Assembly: GCA_963675785.1 (NCBI GenBank)
Contig: OY776562.1
Coordinates: 1,920,001 to 1,984,000 of the forward strand
DNA from: Anaerolineae bacterium
GTDB lineage: Bacteria > Chloroflexota > Anaerolineae > UBA1429
Direction of reading: 5' to 3'
Length of the DNA: 64,000 nucleotides
The notes below the pieces were generated by a model. It was given only the letters and a program-made list of their open reading frames with translations, made no database searches and was not told the origin of the DNA. Every line of letters starts with the position of its first letter. Position 1 is the stretch's first letter. The position numbers and the translations under genes are program-made. Below are positions 10,135 to 20,862 of the stretch, one piece after another.

Positions 10135-11148
10135 ATGTTCGGCAAGCAAATCGGGATTGATCTCGGCACCGTCAATGTGATTCTCTATGTACGCGGCAAG
10201 GGCATTGTGCTCAACGAGCCCTCTGTAGTAGCTATCTCACGGCTGGATAACCGCATCCTCGCCGTCGGCAATGAGGCCCGTGCCATGCTCGGCCGTACAC
10301 CTGAGACCATCGAAGTCGCCCGCCCAGTTCGAGACGGCGTCATCGCTGATTACGAGGTGACCGAGAGCATGCTGCGTTATTTTATCAGCAAGCTTTGCGG
10401 ACGCTTTGAGCGCCCCCCTGTAGTCATGCTCAGCGTTCCTGTGGGTGTAACAACGGTAGAAAGCCGCGCTGTGCGCGAGGCAGCCATTCAGGCAGGTGCT
10501 CGCGTCGCCCATCTCATCCCCGAGCCGCTTGCAGCCGCCCTTGGTGCCGATCTGCCCGTAGGTACACCTACAGGCAATATGGTGGTGAATATTGGCGGAG
10601 GAACCAGCGAAGCCGCCGTTATCTCCATGCACGGCATCGTCATCGCCAGCTCGGTACGCACCGCCGGAAACAAGTTTGATGAAGCCATTGCCAACTATGT
10701 GCGCCGCAAGTACAACCTCATTATCGGTGACCATACGGCGGAACAAATCAAGATCAACATCGGTTCGGCACTAGAGCTGGAAGAAGAGCTTTCTATGGAA
10801 GTTCGTGGTCGTGACCAGGTGGCCGGTTTACCGAGAACGATTACCCTCAACTCTTCCGAGACCACCGAGGCCTTGGCCGAGCCGTTGGGTATTGTGGCAG
10901 AAACAGTCAAGTCAGTGCTCGAACAAACACCGCCCGAACTGGCATCCGATATCATCGACCGGGGTATGGTAATGACTGGTGGCGGCGCCCTACTGCGTAA
11001 CTTGGACCGTTACCTCACCGTGCAGACGGGTATTCCTGCCCATGTGGCGGAAAATCCCATGCTTTGTACCGCCCTGGGGGCTGCTCGTGGCTTGGAGCGT
11101 CTGCCCATGCTACGCCGCGCAGTGCCGCTTGAAGGATTTCTTTCCTGA
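10135..11148 (+). CDS. mreB: rod shape-determining protein MreB/Mbl
   Basis: IGIDLGT, EPSVVA, DGVIAD, IGGGT, IKGRD-like [21 protein letters not shown]. Confidence 0.95.
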   Translation: MFGKQIGIDLGTVNVILYVRGKGIVLNEPSVVAISRLDNRILAVGNEARAMLGRTPETIEVARPVRDGVIADYEVTESMLRYFISKLCGRFERPPVVMLSVPVGVTTVESRAVREAAIQAGARVAHLIPEPLAAALGADLPVGTPTGNMVVNIGGGTSEAAVISMHGIVIASSVRTAGNKFDEAIANYVRRKYNLIIGDHTAEQIKINIGSALELEEELSMEVRGRDQVAGLPRTITLNSSETTEALAEPLGIVAETVKSVLEQTPPELASDIIDRGMVMTGGGALLRNLDRYLTVQTGIPAHVAENPMLCTALGAARGLERLPMLRRAVPLEGFLS

Positions 11149-11156
11149 ACCTATCG

Positions 11157-11190
11157 AAAAGGGGGCACCGTGTGGTGCCCCCTTTTTTTT
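11157..11190. terminator. bidirectional intrinsic terminator between mreB and mobA
   Basis: AAAA-GGGGGCACC-gtgt-GGTGCCCCC-T8. Confidence 0.9.
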
Positions 11191-11191
11191 A

Positions 11192-11833
11192 TTACTGCCC
11201 GGCAACAAGTTGCCTGATTTGCGCTAGGTCCGCGGGCGTGTTGATGTTTACAAATGACGTGAGGCCTGGATCAACCTCGACAAGCACCTCTTCATCAACT
11301 TTGCAAACACGCACATCCTCGTAAAAGCTCATCACCCGCTTGCGCCCTTTTTCCAGGCTAGCCGTAATTGCCGGTATGCAGCGCTGATGATATAGGGCGT
11401 GCAACGGTTCATAGCCCACCGCCAGATGTGGTACGACCACATCGCATTCTGCGCGATGGCCTGCTAGTAGATCAAGCACAGGGATCTGCACAAAGGGCAT
11501 ATCGCAGGCAACGACCAGGTTCCAATCGCGCTCTGATGCAGCTAACCCTGTGAGAATGCCGGCCAAAACGCCCTCATAGGGGTGTTGGTCAACGAGTACG
11601 CGAATACCAGAGATAGATAGGACTTGATCAGGCCGACCAACTACGACGACGTGCTCGGTCCATAACAAGATACGCCGGACAGCACGCTCCACGAGCGTTT
11701 CGCTGCCCAGCGTTACCGTGGCCTTGTCTTGGCCAAGCCGTTCCCCCAGGCCACCCGCGAGAACAATGGCACCGGGGTGTTGTGTATCCACAGAGGACAT
11801 AGAAAGGGAGAAGCAAAAGCTCTGCCCCTCCAC
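11192..11833 (-). CDS. mobA: molybdenum cofactor guanylyltransferase
   Basis: VLAGGLGERLGQDK, GVLAGI, ACDMPF, EPLHALY, NINTPADL; start may be ~11800. Confidence 0.88.
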   Translation of the reverse strand: MEGQSFCFSLSMSSVDTQHPGAIVLAGGLGERLGQDKATVTLGSETLVERAVRRILLWTEHVVVVGRPDQVLSISGIRVLVDQHPYEGVLAGILTGLAASERDWNLVVACDMPFVQIPVLDLLAGHRAECDVVVPHLAVGYEPLHALYHQRCIPAITASLEKGRKRVMSFYEDVRVCKVDEEVLVEVDPGLTSFVNINTPADLAQIRQLVAGQ

Positions 11834-11839
11834 TCAGTC

Positions 11840-12070
11840 CTACTTTTGGGATAAAAAGGAGACGGCATCTCCCACAGTGATGATGGCCTGAGCCTCTTCG
11901 TCCGAAATCTCGCCGCCAAACTCATCCTCGAAAGCCATGATAAGCTGTACGAGGTCGAGAGAGTCAGCCTTGAGATCCTTTCGGAAATCGGCCTCAGAAA
12001 CGACCTTGTCTTCTTCGACATCAAGCTGGTCTACGATGATTGCCTTAACGCGATCAAAAATCTCGTTCAC
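11840..12070 (-). CDS. acpP: acyl carrier protein
   Basis: [10 protein letters not shown] phosphopantetheine site; 76 aa, acidic. Confidence 0.95.
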   Translation of the reverse strand: MNEIFDRVKAIIVDQLDVEEDKVVSEADFRKDLKADSLDLVQLIMAFEDEFGGEISDEEAQAIITVGDAVSFLSQK

Positions 12071-12318
12071 TGGAACCCCTCCACTCAGGCTGATTGGTAC
12101 GCCGAGACCGCAAAATTATAGCACTGGGAGCCAAGAGCGTCAATGAATCACCCCCCTTACCTTTCCTAGAAACACAAAACCCTTCAAATGGTTGCGCCTG
12201 AGTGAAAATTGACACATCGATGCTAGCATGATAACATCCCGTTGCTTAGAGTTGTAGCAGATCCTTGTACATTCATGTCTTTCATCCAGATTTCGATTTT
12301 TGCAAAGAGAGGCTCACC

Positions 12319-13314
12319 ATGCAGGTGATCATCCCGCTGGCGGGATTCGGCACAAGGTTGCGCCCTCAGACTTTTAGCAAGCCAAAACCGCTCATTAACG
12401 TTGCTGGCAAACCTGTGCTGGCTCATATTTTGGACAAGCTGATTGAACTAGATGACCTCGAAGATGTCATCTTTATTGTGGGATATCTCGGCGAGCAGAT
12501 CGAAGCGTACGTTCGCCAAAACTATACCTTCAAATCTCACTTTCGCGAACAAAAGCAGCTTTTAGGCCAAGCACACGCCATTGATCTGGCGCGAGATTTG
12601 ATTCATGGGCCAATACTGATTATCTTTGTGGATACAATCTTTGAAGCTGACCTGAGCGATCTTGAAGAGATGAAAAGCGACGGCGCTATTTTTTGCAAGC
12701 GTGTCGAAGACCCTCGACGCTTTGGTGTGGTCGAGTTAGGCAAAGACGGTTATGTCACCCGGTATATTGAAAAGCCGGAGACGGTCGAGAATGATTTGGC
12801 GACCATCGGCCTGTACTATCTTCAAGATGGTCAGCGTTTGATGCAAGCGGTTCATCAGCTCATTGAAGAAGATCACCAGACCAAAGGTGAATACTATTTG
12901 GCCGATGCCCTGCAGATTATGATTGATCAGGGTGCCAAGTTAGAGGCACGAACGGTCAAAGTCTGGCAGGATTGCGGCAAGCCCGAAACTGTGTTGGCTA
13001 CAAATCGCTATCTATTGGATAACGGTGCGGGAAATGTTCAAGAGGGGCATCTTAACGGCGCACTGGTGATTCCACCAGTGTACGTGGCCCCAACGGCTGT
13101 TATCGAACGCTCGGTTATTGGGCCCTATGTAACCATTGCCGATGGCTGCCATGTGCAAGATACCGTGATCTCGGATTCGATCATCGATTCTGAGGCGACC
13201 GTCAAGGGTCTGGTGCTCAAGAACTCTTTGATTGGGCGAGCCGCCCGATTGTGCGGCTCGAACAAGACGGTCAATGTTGGCGACAGCTCTGTAGTAGATT
13301 GGGCTGACGATTAA
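12319..13314 (+). CDS. sugar-phosphate nucleotidyltransferase (glucose-1-phosphate thymidylyltransferase-like) with a left-handed beta-helix tail
   Basis: PLAGFGTRLRPQT..PKPL, IEKP, WQDCG; start moved to ATG 12319 after a GAGG ribosome-binding site. Confidence 0.88.
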   Translation: MQVIIPLAGFGTRLRPQTFSKPKPLINVAGKPVLAHILDKLIELDDLEDVIFIVGYLGEQIEAYVRQNYTFKSHFREQKQLLGQAHAIDLARDLIHGPILIIFVDTIFEADLSDLEEMKSDGAIFCKRVEDPRRFGVVELGKDGYVTRYIEKPETVENDLATIGLYYLQDGQRLMQAVHQLIEEDHQTKGEYYLADALQIMIDQGAKLEARTVKVWQDCGKPETVLATNRYLLDNGAGNVQEGHLNGALVIPPVYVAPTAVIERSVIGPYVTIADGCHVQDTVISDSIIDSEATVKGLVLKNSLIGRAARLCGSNKTVNVGDSSVVDWADD

Positions 13315-13384
13315 GTGCCGATCCAGGCTATGCTTCGGCTGGCCTATTCATAGATCGAGACCAAAATGAGAGGGGGTGATCAGA

Positions 13385-13585
13385 GTGACCCAGGTAGTAA
13401 GGGAACAGGGAGAAAGTATTGAGCGGCTGATGAAGCGCTTCAAGAAGGCCCTGCAAGAGGACAAAGTCCTCTCGACATATCGTCGTAACACGTTTTACGA
13501 AAAGCCCTCTCAAGCGCGCAAGCGCGATGCAGCAGCCAAGCTGCGTAAAAGCCGACAGACCACACGGAAGAACATGGCCGAGTAA
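13385..13585 (+). CDS. rpsU: 30S ribosomal protein S21
   Basis: GESIERLMKRFKK..FYEKPSQARKR; GTG start after GGGGGTGA. Confidence 0.93.
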   Translation: MTQVVREQGESIERLMKRFKKALQEDKVLSTYRRNTFYEKPSQARKRDAAAKLRKSRQTTRKNMAE

Positions 13586-13612
13586 GGTTTGGCTGAATCA
13601 AGAGGCAAAAAC

Positions 13613-13641
13613 AAAGGCCTCCGCAAAATGCGGAGGCCTTT
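13613..13641. terminator. bidirectional terminator
   Basis: AAAGGCCTCCGCA-aaa-TGCGGAGGCCTTT between convergent genes. Confidence 0.85.
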
Positions 13642-13653
13642 CGTTATGTAAAT

Positions 13654-14814
13654 TTAGAGACAGTTCTGGTAAGCGGCACCTTGTCCCAATACCTCATCAA
13701 GAACTGTCATCCATTCACTGATGACGATGTTTTGAGGGCACTTGTCTTCGCAAATACGACAGGCGATACAGGCGCTAGCCCGCTTTTCCGCAGGCATATG
13801 TTCGTTATAGCGAGTCCGCGAACGATCTTCTTCCGAGAACATCAACCCTTCATTATAGATGGCAAAGTTCCCGGGAATATCTACCCCGTTAGGGCAAGGC
13901 ATGCAGTATTCACACTTTGTACATGGAATGGGGCACAAAGTGGCAAAGGCATCGCGGGCAGCCTCTATCACGGCCACATCCTTCGCCGAAAGTGATCCTG
14001 CTCCAGAGGTTTCGGCAGAAGCCACGTTCTGCTGCACCTGCTCCATGGTGCTCATGCCTGAAAGAACCACCGAAACTTCGGGTTGGTTCCACAACCACTG
14101 CAAGGCCCAATCGACGGGGGACGCTTGCTTTGAGCCCTGCGCAAACTGTCCCAAAACCGCTTGCGGCGGATTGGCCAGGCGACCGCCCAACAAGGGCTCC
14201 ATTACCACCACAGCCAGGCCTTTATCAGCGGCATATTTCAGCCCTTCTGTGCCCGCTTGATAGTCCTCGTTCATATAGTTGTACTGAATCTGACAGAAAT
14301 CCCAATGGGGATAATAATCCACGATCTCCTTGAACACAGCTCGCTCATCATGGAAAGAAAAGCCCAAATGCCTGATCTTGCCTTCGGCCAAGCGCTTTTC
14401 TAGCCAGTCAAACACACCCCAATCGAGCATCTGCAGCCAACTACGCTTGCCCAGGCCGTGTAAAAGATAGAAATCGATGTGGTCGGTTTGCAGCTTGGAT
14501 AGCTGCGTTGCCAAAAAACCGTCCATCTCGTCAGCAGACTTGAGCAGACGCGGCGTCAGTTTACTAGCCACATGCACGCGCTCGCGATAGCCATCCTGCA
14601 GAGCTTTGCCCAAGGCAATCTCACTGTAACCACTGTGATAGGTTGCCGCCGTATCGACATAGTTCACACCATGATCGATAGCCCAGCGAATCATGCGGAT
14701 AGCCTCAGTCTCATCAATATGCGTTGGTTCACCGTCAATGATGGGCAAACGCATACAGCCAAAACCCAAAGCAGATGGCTGGAAATCCAACTTGCCGAAA
14801 TTACGATACTGCAC
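13654..14814 (-). CDS. aldo/keto reductase with C-terminal 4Fe-4S domain (COG1453-like), paralogue 3
   Basis: LGFGCMRLP, DTAATY, LGFSFH, MEPLLGG, CTKCEYCMPCP and CIACRICEDKCPQ. Confidence 0.93.
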   Translation of the reverse strand: MQYRNFGKLDFQPSALGFGCMRLPIIDGEPTHIDETEAIRMIRWAIDHGVNYVDTAATYHSGYSEIALGKALQDGYRERVHVASKLTPRLLKSADEMDGFLATQLSKLQTDHIDFYLLHGLGKRSWLQMLDWGVFDWLEKRLAEGKIRHLGFSFHDERAVFKEIVDYYPHWDFCQIQYNYMNEDYQAGTEGLKYAADKGLAVVVMEPLLGGRLANPPQAVLGQFAQGSKQASPVDWALQWLWNQPEVSVVLSGMSTMEQVQQNVASAETSGAGSLSAKDVAVIEAARDAFATLCPIPCTKCEYCMPCPNGVDIPGNFAIYNEGLMFSEEDRSRTRYNEHMPAEKRASACIACRICEDKCPQNIVISEWMTVLDEVLGQGAAYQNCL

Positions 14815-14879
14815 GATACAATCTCCTCCAGAACACGATGACGCCGCAGAAGCAGCGTCATCGCTCTTGATACGTCAAT

Positions 14880-16037
14880 TTAGAGAGAGGAACGATACGC
14901 TACGTCGCCGCCGAGCACCTCATCAACCACAACCATCCACTCACTGATGATGATGTGCTGCGGACACTTGTCTTCACAAATCCGGCAGGCGATACAATCG
15001 CTGGCTCGTGAGCCCGCTTCTTTGTGACCATAGCGCCGTCGCGCCTGGTCAGCCGTGTTGTACATCAAGCCCTCATTGTAGATGGCAAAGTTCCCTGGGA
15101 TGTCCACGCCGTTGGGGCAAGGCATACAGTATTCACATTTAGTGCAAGGAATGGCAATGAGGTCATCATAGGTCTTGCGAACACGCTCATACAGCACCAT
15201 CTCGGCATCCGTAAGAGTACCAATACCAGAGCGATTGGCAGCAAAGACATTATCTTTCACATGCGACATAGCGCTCATACCCGAAAGCACCACCGAGACC
15301 TCGGGCTGATTCCAGAGCCACTGCAAGCCCCACTCTGCTGCCGAACGGGTGGTTTCAGCCTCATCCCAAATCGCCTGAACAGGCTCGGGAGGATTGACCA
15401 GCTTGCCGCCTAAAAGTGGCTCCATGATCACCACAGCCAGGCCTTTGGCCGCTGCATACTTGAGCCCGCGAACGCCCGCCTGATAATTTTCATCAGAATA
15501 GTTGTACTGAATCTGGCAGAAATCCCACTTGTCATAGCCATCAACCATCTCGAGAAAGGCCTCATAACTATCATGCATGGAAAAGCCCAGATGTCTGATC
15601 TTGCCAGCGGCCCTAGCCTTTTCGGCCTCGGCAAAGATGTTTTGCTCCATCAATATATCCCAACGGGACTTGTCCAGTGCATGCAGCAGATAAAAGTCAA
15701 TATGGTCCGTCTGCAACTTGGTCAACTGTTCATCGAGCAGGGTATGGAAATCTTTGGGTTTTTCGATCTTCCATACAGGTGACTTGGTCGCCAACATAAC
15801 CTTCTCACGATAACCATCCTGCAAGGCCTGCCCCACAATGATTTCGCTTTGGCCGCCAAGATAGGGATAAGCTGTATCGATATAGTTCACACCCTGATCG
15901 ATGGCCCAGCGAATCATACGAATGGATTCGGGCACATCAACCTTGGAGGTATCGTCTTTGAGCATAGGAAGACGCATGCAGCCAAAACCTAGTGCTGAAG
16001 TTTGCCAATCGAGCTTGCCAAATTTACGGTATTGCAC
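14880..16037 (-). CDS. aldo/keto reductase with C-terminal 4Fe-4S domain, paralogue 2
   Basis: Same motifs: DTAYPY and two CxxCxxCxxxCP-type clusters. Confidence 0.93.
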   Translation of the reverse strand: MQYRKFGKLDWQTSALGFGCMRLPMLKDDTSKVDVPESIRMIRWAIDQGVNYIDTAYPYLGGQSEIIVGQALQDGYREKVMLATKSPVWKIEKPKDFHTLLDEQLTKLQTDHIDFYLLHALDKSRWDILMEQNIFAEAEKARAAGKIRHLGFSMHDSYEAFLEMVDGYDKWDFCQIQYNYSDENYQAGVRGLKYAAAKGLAVVIMEPLLGGKLVNPPEPVQAIWDEAETTRSAAEWGLQWLWNQPEVSVVLSGMSAMSHVKDNVFAANRSGIGTLTDAEMVLYERVRKTYDDLIAIPCTKCEYCMPCPNGVDIPGNFAIYNEGLMYNTADQARRRYGHKEAGSRASDCIACRICEDKCPQHIIISEWMVVVDEVLGGDVAYRSSL

Positions 16038-16114
16038 GTTTCATTCTCCTTTTAGGCGCAACAACAGGGGCGGAATTTAGATGTCTCCGCCCTGGAGTTG
16101 CTTATTATCTGTAT

Positions 16115-17272
16115 TTAAAGATCGCAGCGGTATTCTGCCCCTTGGCCAAGAACCTCATCCACCACCGTCATCCACTGGCTGATAAGGATACTCTGGGGGC
16201 ACTTGTCTTCGCAGATACGACAGGCAATGCAAGCACTGGCCCTCTTTCCCTCTTCCATTTTCGCATAGCGATCACGGGCCCAATCGGGCTTGTTGTACAT
16301 CATGCCTTCGTTATAAATAGCAAAGTTACTGGGGATATCCACCCCATTGGGGCAAGGCATGCAGTACTGGCACTTGGTACACGGTATTGGGCAGAGCTCG
16401 TTATACTTGTCTCGCGCTCGCGAAACCAGATTGAGTTCATCCTGGCTTAACACGTTGACATCCGAATGCGCTGCCGATTCGACGTTCTCCATCACCTGCT
16501 GCATGGTGCTCATCCCAGAAAGTACCACCGAAACCTCGGGCTTGTTCCAAAGCCATTGCAGGGCCCATTCTGCGGCCGAACGCTTTGTCTCGGCCTCATC
16601 CCAAATAGCCTGAACAGCATCGGGAGGATTGACCAAACGCCCACCCAAAAGCGGCTCCATCACTACCACAGCCAGTCCCTTGTCAGCAGCATATTTGAGC
16701 CCCTCTGTGCCAGCCTGGAGTTCCTCGTTCATATAGTTGTACTGAATCTGGCACATGGCCCACTTGTCATAGCCGTCCACAACCTCTTTGAACACATCGA
16801 GGCTATCGTGGAAGGAAAAGCCCATGTGACGCACACGGCCATCCTCAAGGGCGCGATCGGCCGCCTCGAGGATATTGCAGGCGAGCATCTTTTCCCAACG
16901 CTCACGACGCATACCGTGAAGCAGGTAGAAATCGACGTGGTCGGTCTGCAACTTGGCCAACTGCTCGTTCAACAAACGGTCGAAATCGGCTTCCTCACTC
17001 ACCGCCCAGGCGGGCAGTTTGGTCGCCAAATGGACTCGCTCGCGATAGCCATCCTTCAAGGCCTTGCCCACCAGAATCTCGCTCTGCCGATCATGGTATG
17101 GGTAGGCCGTATCCAAATAGTTCACACCACTATCAATGGCCCAACGAAGCATGCGAATAGCCTCTGCTTCATCGATGTTGCCACGATCCTCACCTATCAC
17201 CGGAAAACGCATACAGCCAAAACCCAAAGCAGAGGCTTTCCAGTCCAGTTTCCCAAAATTGCGATACTTCAC
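16115..17272 (-). CDS. aldo/keto reductase with C-terminal 4Fe-4S domain, paralogue 1
   Basis: Same motifs: DTAYPY, CTKCQYCMPCP, CIACRICEDKCPQ. Confidence 0.93.
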   Translation of the reverse strand: MKYRNFGKLDWKASALGFGCMRFPVIGEDRGNIDEAEAIRMLRWAIDSGVNYLDTAYPYHDRQSEILVGKALKDGYRERVHLATKLPAWAVSEEADFDRLLNEQLAKLQTDHVDFYLLHGMRRERWEKMLACNILEAADRALEDGRVRHMGFSFHDSLDVFKEVVDGYDKWAMCQIQYNYMNEELQAGTEGLKYAADKGLAVVVMEPLLGGRLVNPPDAVQAIWDEAETKRSAAEWALQWLWNKPEVSVVLSGMSTMQQVMENVESAAHSDVNVLSQDELNLVSRARDKYNELCPIPCTKCQYCMPCPNGVDIPSNFAIYNEGMMYNKPDWARDRYAKMEEGKRASACIACRICEDKCPQSILISQWMTVVDEVLGQGAEYRCDL

Positions 17273-17298
17273 GTCTCTTGCCTCACTCCCTGCTGAGG

Positions 17299-18264
17299 TT
17301 AGTAACCCAGCTTTTTGTCGACCACTTTACAAAGCGGTCTACCTTGTTGAAAACGGATCAGGTTATCGCAAAAGATATCGCTTGCACGCCGCGTATATTC
17401 TGGCGTAAAGCCTGCCCAGTGTGCTGTTACAAGCACGTTAGGCATTTGCCAGAGAGGAGACTCCGAGCTGAGATGCTCATCTTCGAATACATCCAACCCG
17501 GCACCGGCCAAATGCTTGCTCTCTAGCGCCGCTATCAGAGCTTGCTCGTCAACTGTCTTGCCACGCCCTACATTGGCAAAGTAGGACCCCGGTTTACATG
17601 CAGCAAAGGCGCTGGCGTCAAAGAGGTGGTATGTTTCGGCGGTATATGGCAAAGCGTTGACCACATAATCCGCCCGAGACAATGCCTCATGGAAGCAATC
17701 CATGGGCAAAAGCTCATCGACATATTCGATCGGCTCGGTAACACTACGCTTGGTGCCAATGACGTACATGCCAAAAGCCTGAGCCAGACGCGCCGTTCGT
17801 TGGCCAATGGCGCCCAAACCCAGGATCAACATGGTCTTGCCATCCAGCTCATAAAGCAGATTAGCGTCTGGTTGAGCCCAGGTGTTTTCGCGCTGGTAAT
17901 CGACCGCCCACTTTAGATTGCGGGTAAAAAAGAGAATCATGGAAAACACATGCTCGCCAATGGGGATCGCGTGGATTCCCGAAGTATTGGTGAGTAAAAA
18001 GGGCAGATCGATTAAATCGGGCGCTTGTTGCAAGAAATCCGCGCCAGCCGACCAGAGCTGCATCCACTGCAACCGAGGAGCTCGCCCGAGGAGTACCCGT
18101 TTGGGGCCGCTCACAGCGATGGTGATGCGGTCATACACCGCGCGGATCTCGTCCTCATTCGAGGTTACGATGATATCCATGTCGGGTGCCAATTCGGCCA
18201 CTCTCGACAATACCTCGTCCCCACCACCCCAGAACATGTCTAAAAGCATTACGTCACGTGTCAT
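17299..18264 (-). CDS. D-2-hydroxyacid dehydrogenase
   Basis: SAGAD, GLGAIG, NVGRG, LDVFEDE, AHWAG; start set at MTRDVM (ATG 18264, GAGG RBS). Confidence 0.9.
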   Translation of the reverse strand: MTRDVMLLDMFWGGGDEVLSRVAELAPDMDIIVTSNEDEIRAVYDRITIAVSGPKRVLLGRAPRLQWMQLWSAGADFLQQAPDLIDLPFLLTNTSGIHAIPIGEHVFSMILFFTRNLKWAVDYQRENTWAQPDANLLYELDGKTMLILGLGAIGQRTARLAQAFGMYVIGTKRSVTEPIEYVDELLPMDCFHEALSRADYVVNALPYTAETYHLFDASAFAACKPGSYFANVGRGKTVDEQALIAALESKHLAGAGLDVFEDEHLSSESPLWQMPNVLVTAHWAGFTPEYTRRASDIFCDNLIRFQQGRPLCKVVDKKLGY

Positions 18265-18278
18265 ACCAACCTCAAAGC

Positions 18279-19127
18279 TTAATGCGGGAATACGGGCAGA
18301 ATCTCTGAAGCTCGTTGCTTGAGCACAGCGATTTCTTGTTCCGTAATCGGCGTAAAAGCATCTGCAGCATCGCAGGCCCATTCAAACAAGTGCTCGTGGC
18401 CGGGCGTTACTGCCGCTGTAACCGGCTGCGATAGCGTAAACCGCATGCCAAGAGCGGCCTCCTCGGCAGACTCAACGGGATAGTACCAGGCCTTGGGCCA
18501 GGGCCGGGGTTCACCGCTCGCCAGAGCGCGCTTTGCCAGTGCTTTGAGCGCCAGAATACCCATATCGAGTTCCTGAGCTTTGCTCACTGCACGAGGGCCA
18601 AAATCTTCCTGAAGCCAGGCAGCATAATTCACCGGAACCAGGATCGTATCAAAGGCAAAAGCCTTCATCAAAGCGAGTGCTGCCTCCTCGCTATGAGCGG
18701 AAAACCCAAGATAGCGGGTCTTACCCTCTTCCCTGGCCTTTAGGAAGGTCTCCAAAGCCCCATCAGGGCCCAGGATTTGTTCGACCTCTTCCACAGTCTT
18801 GACGGCATGCAATTGATAGAGATCTAGATGGTCCGTCCTGAGATCTCTGAGTGATTGTTCGAGTTCCTGCCGCGCACCAGCGGCATCGCGTTTTTCTGTT
18901 TTGCAGGCCAAAAAGACATTCTTGCGATATGGCTCTAGTGCAGGCCCAAGCATCTGCTGGGCGTTGCCATAGCTGGGCGCGACGTCAAAGTAATTGACGC
19001 CGCGCTCATTTACAGCTCTGGAAACAAGGCGAGCAGCATTTTGTGCCGATTCGTCTCGTACCAGAATTCCGCCAAAGCCTACAACAGAGAGCATCTCGCC
19101 GGTCTTGCCAAGTTTTCGTTTTTCCAT
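18279..19127 (-). CDS. aldo/keto reductase (short type)
   Basis: MEKRKLGKTG, FDVAPSYG, LACKT, DLYQLH, LGFSAH. Confidence 0.9.
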   Translation of the reverse strand: MEKRKLGKTGEMLSVVGFGGILVRDESAQNAARLVSRAVNERGVNYFDVAPSYGNAQQMLGPALEPYRKNVFLACKTEKRDAAGARQELEQSLRDLRTDHLDLYQLHAVKTVEEVEQILGPDGALETFLKAREEGKTRYLGFSAHSEEAALALMKAFAFDTILVPVNYAAWLQEDFGPRAVSKAQELDMGILALKALAKRALASGEPRPWPKAWYYPVESAEEAALGMRFTLSQPVTAAVTPGHEHLFEWACDAADAFTPITEQEIAVLKQRASEILPVFPH

Positions 19128-19152
19128 CGAGATTACCCCCTCTTTTTTAGGG

Positions 19153-20094
19153 TTAAAGCGGCCAAATTTCGTCGATACTGGCAATCACATCCTTGCTCAG
19201 TTCGACACCAGCCGCACGTACGTTACTTTCAACATGCTCAGGGCGTGTAGCCCCCGTGATTACGCTGCTCACTTCGGGCAGACGCAAAATCCAGGCAATA
19301 GCAAGCTGTGCCCTGGTAATGCCGAGTTCATCGGCAATGGGCTTGAGCTGCTTGACACGCTCAATGACTTCAGGCGTCAGCCTCCCGCGCATATCCTCGT
19401 TGAGATCAGCACGGCTACCCTCAGGAATGCCGTTATCATACTTGCCAGTAAGAATACCGTTGTACAGCGGGCTAAACGTCGTCAATCCGATGTTGTGCGC
19501 CTGCACCGCCGGGACGATTTCCTTCTCCACGCGGGTGCGACGACCAAGGTTATAACCCGGCTGCTCTACAACGGGTGCATACAGATTATGGGCGCGGGCA
19601 AAGCCAACCGCTTCAGCGATCTGCGCGCCAGTCCACTCACTCGTACCCCAGTATAGCACTTTGCCTTGATGAACGAGGTCGTCCATAGCGCGTACAACCT
19701 CTTCGACAGAGGTGTTGGGGTCGTAGCGATGGCAATAGTAGATATCGACATAGTCAGTGCCAATGCGCTTGAGCGACTTGTCAATAGACTCCATGATATG
19801 TTTGCGCGAAAGACCACGGTCATTCACTTCATCACTCATGGGCCAGAATACTTTGCTCGAGATCACCAGAGTGTGTCTGGGGAAATCCTTGAGCACAGAG
19901 CCCATCATCTCTTCGGACTTGCCGCGAGCATAGACGTCGGCAATATCAAAAAAGTTGATACCTGCATCATAGGCACTGACAATGATCTTTTTGGCGAGTT
20001 CAGCATTCTGAATGCTTTCGCCAAAAGTTGTCCAACCACCGAGGGATATAGCGCTTACCTTTGTTCCTGTATTACCAAGTCTGCGATAATTCAT
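19153..20094 (-). CDS. aldo/keto reductase (Kv-beta/Tas-like)
   Basis: MNYRRLGNTG, FDIADVY, GLSRKHIMES, YWGTSEW, SSVITGA. Confidence 0.92.
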   Translation of the reverse strand: MNYRRLGNTGTKVSAISLGGWTTFGESIQNAELAKKIIVSAYDAGINFFDIADVYARGKSEEMMGSVLKDFPRHTLVISSKVFWPMSDEVNDRGLSRKHIMESIDKSLKRIGTDYVDIYYCHRYDPNTSVEEVVRAMDDLVHQGKVLYWGTSEWTGAQIAEAVGFARAHNLYAPVVEQPGYNLGRRTRVEKEIVPAVQAHNIGLTTFSPLYNGILTGKYDNGIPEGSRADLNEDMRGRLTPEVIERVKQLKPIADELGITRAQLAIAWILRLPEVSSVITGATRPEHVESNVRAAGVELSKDVIASIDEIWPL

Positions 20095-20095
20095 T

Positions 20096-20848
20096 TCACA
20101 GCTCCTTGTTCTCTTGATGGGAACCCACGTCGCTAACGACACTGGCCCCCTGCTTGACAAGTTGTTCTGCATTATCCAGATGATCCAGCATGACCCGCCT
20201 AGCTCCCTCCGAGTCTCCCCGAATAAGGGCAGCCAGCAGTTCCTGGTGAAAGCCGAGGCCTAGACGGGAAGCATCAGCCACATTCTGCGACAATAGCATA
20301 GCGGCTTTGAGCATCTCCGTGATAGGCTGCAACAAAAGAGGAAACAAGCTATTCTGAGTAGCGCTTGCCAGTGCAGTATGAAAAGCCACATCGGCATCCG
20401 TATAGCCCTCAGGGTCGTCGAGGGAACGGGCCATCATATCTACCAACTGCCCTAGCTTCTGCTTGTCCTGCTCTGTAGCCCGCTGAGCAGCAAGGTACGC
20501 CATCTGGCCTTCAATGGGTCGCCGTACCTCAAACAACTCTTGCGTAGCCCGGGGAGACTTGTTGAGCTTGAGAAAAAGCTCGAACTGAGCCGAAGCCTTT
20601 TGCGGTCTCATATCTTGGACAAAAGTTCCGCATCCCGGCTTGATTCGCAACAAACCTCTATCCGATAGAACCCGGATAGCCTCACGCACCACAGTACGGC
20701 TTACCCCTAGGCTCTCGGCAAGCTTGCGCTCACTGGGCAGCTTTTCACCTGACTTGATCTGCTGATCAACGATCAACGCCTGCAGTTCATCAGCTACCTG
20801 TGTATAGAGTCTGTCGCGACTCAACTGAATATCGAACAGCTCCCCCAT
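20096..20848 (-). CDS. FadR/GntR-family transcriptional regulator
   Basis: LPSERKLAESLGVSRTVVREA HTH plus FCD domain (DVAFH..ATQN..H); ATG 20848 follows GGAG. Confidence 0.93.
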   Translation of the reverse strand: MGELFDIQLSRDRLYTQVADELQALIVDQQIKSGEKLPSERKLAESLGVSRTVVREAIRVLSDRGLLRIKPGCGTFVQDMRPQKASAQFELFLKLNKSPRATQELFEVRRPIEGQMAYLAAQRATEQDKQKLGQLVDMMARSLDDPEGYTDADVAFHTALASATQNSLFPLLLQPITEMLKAAMLLSQNVADASRLGLGFHQELLAALIRGDSEGARRVMLDHLDNAEQLVKQGASVVSDVGSHQENKEL

Positions 20849-20862
20849 CTCGATCTCCACAA

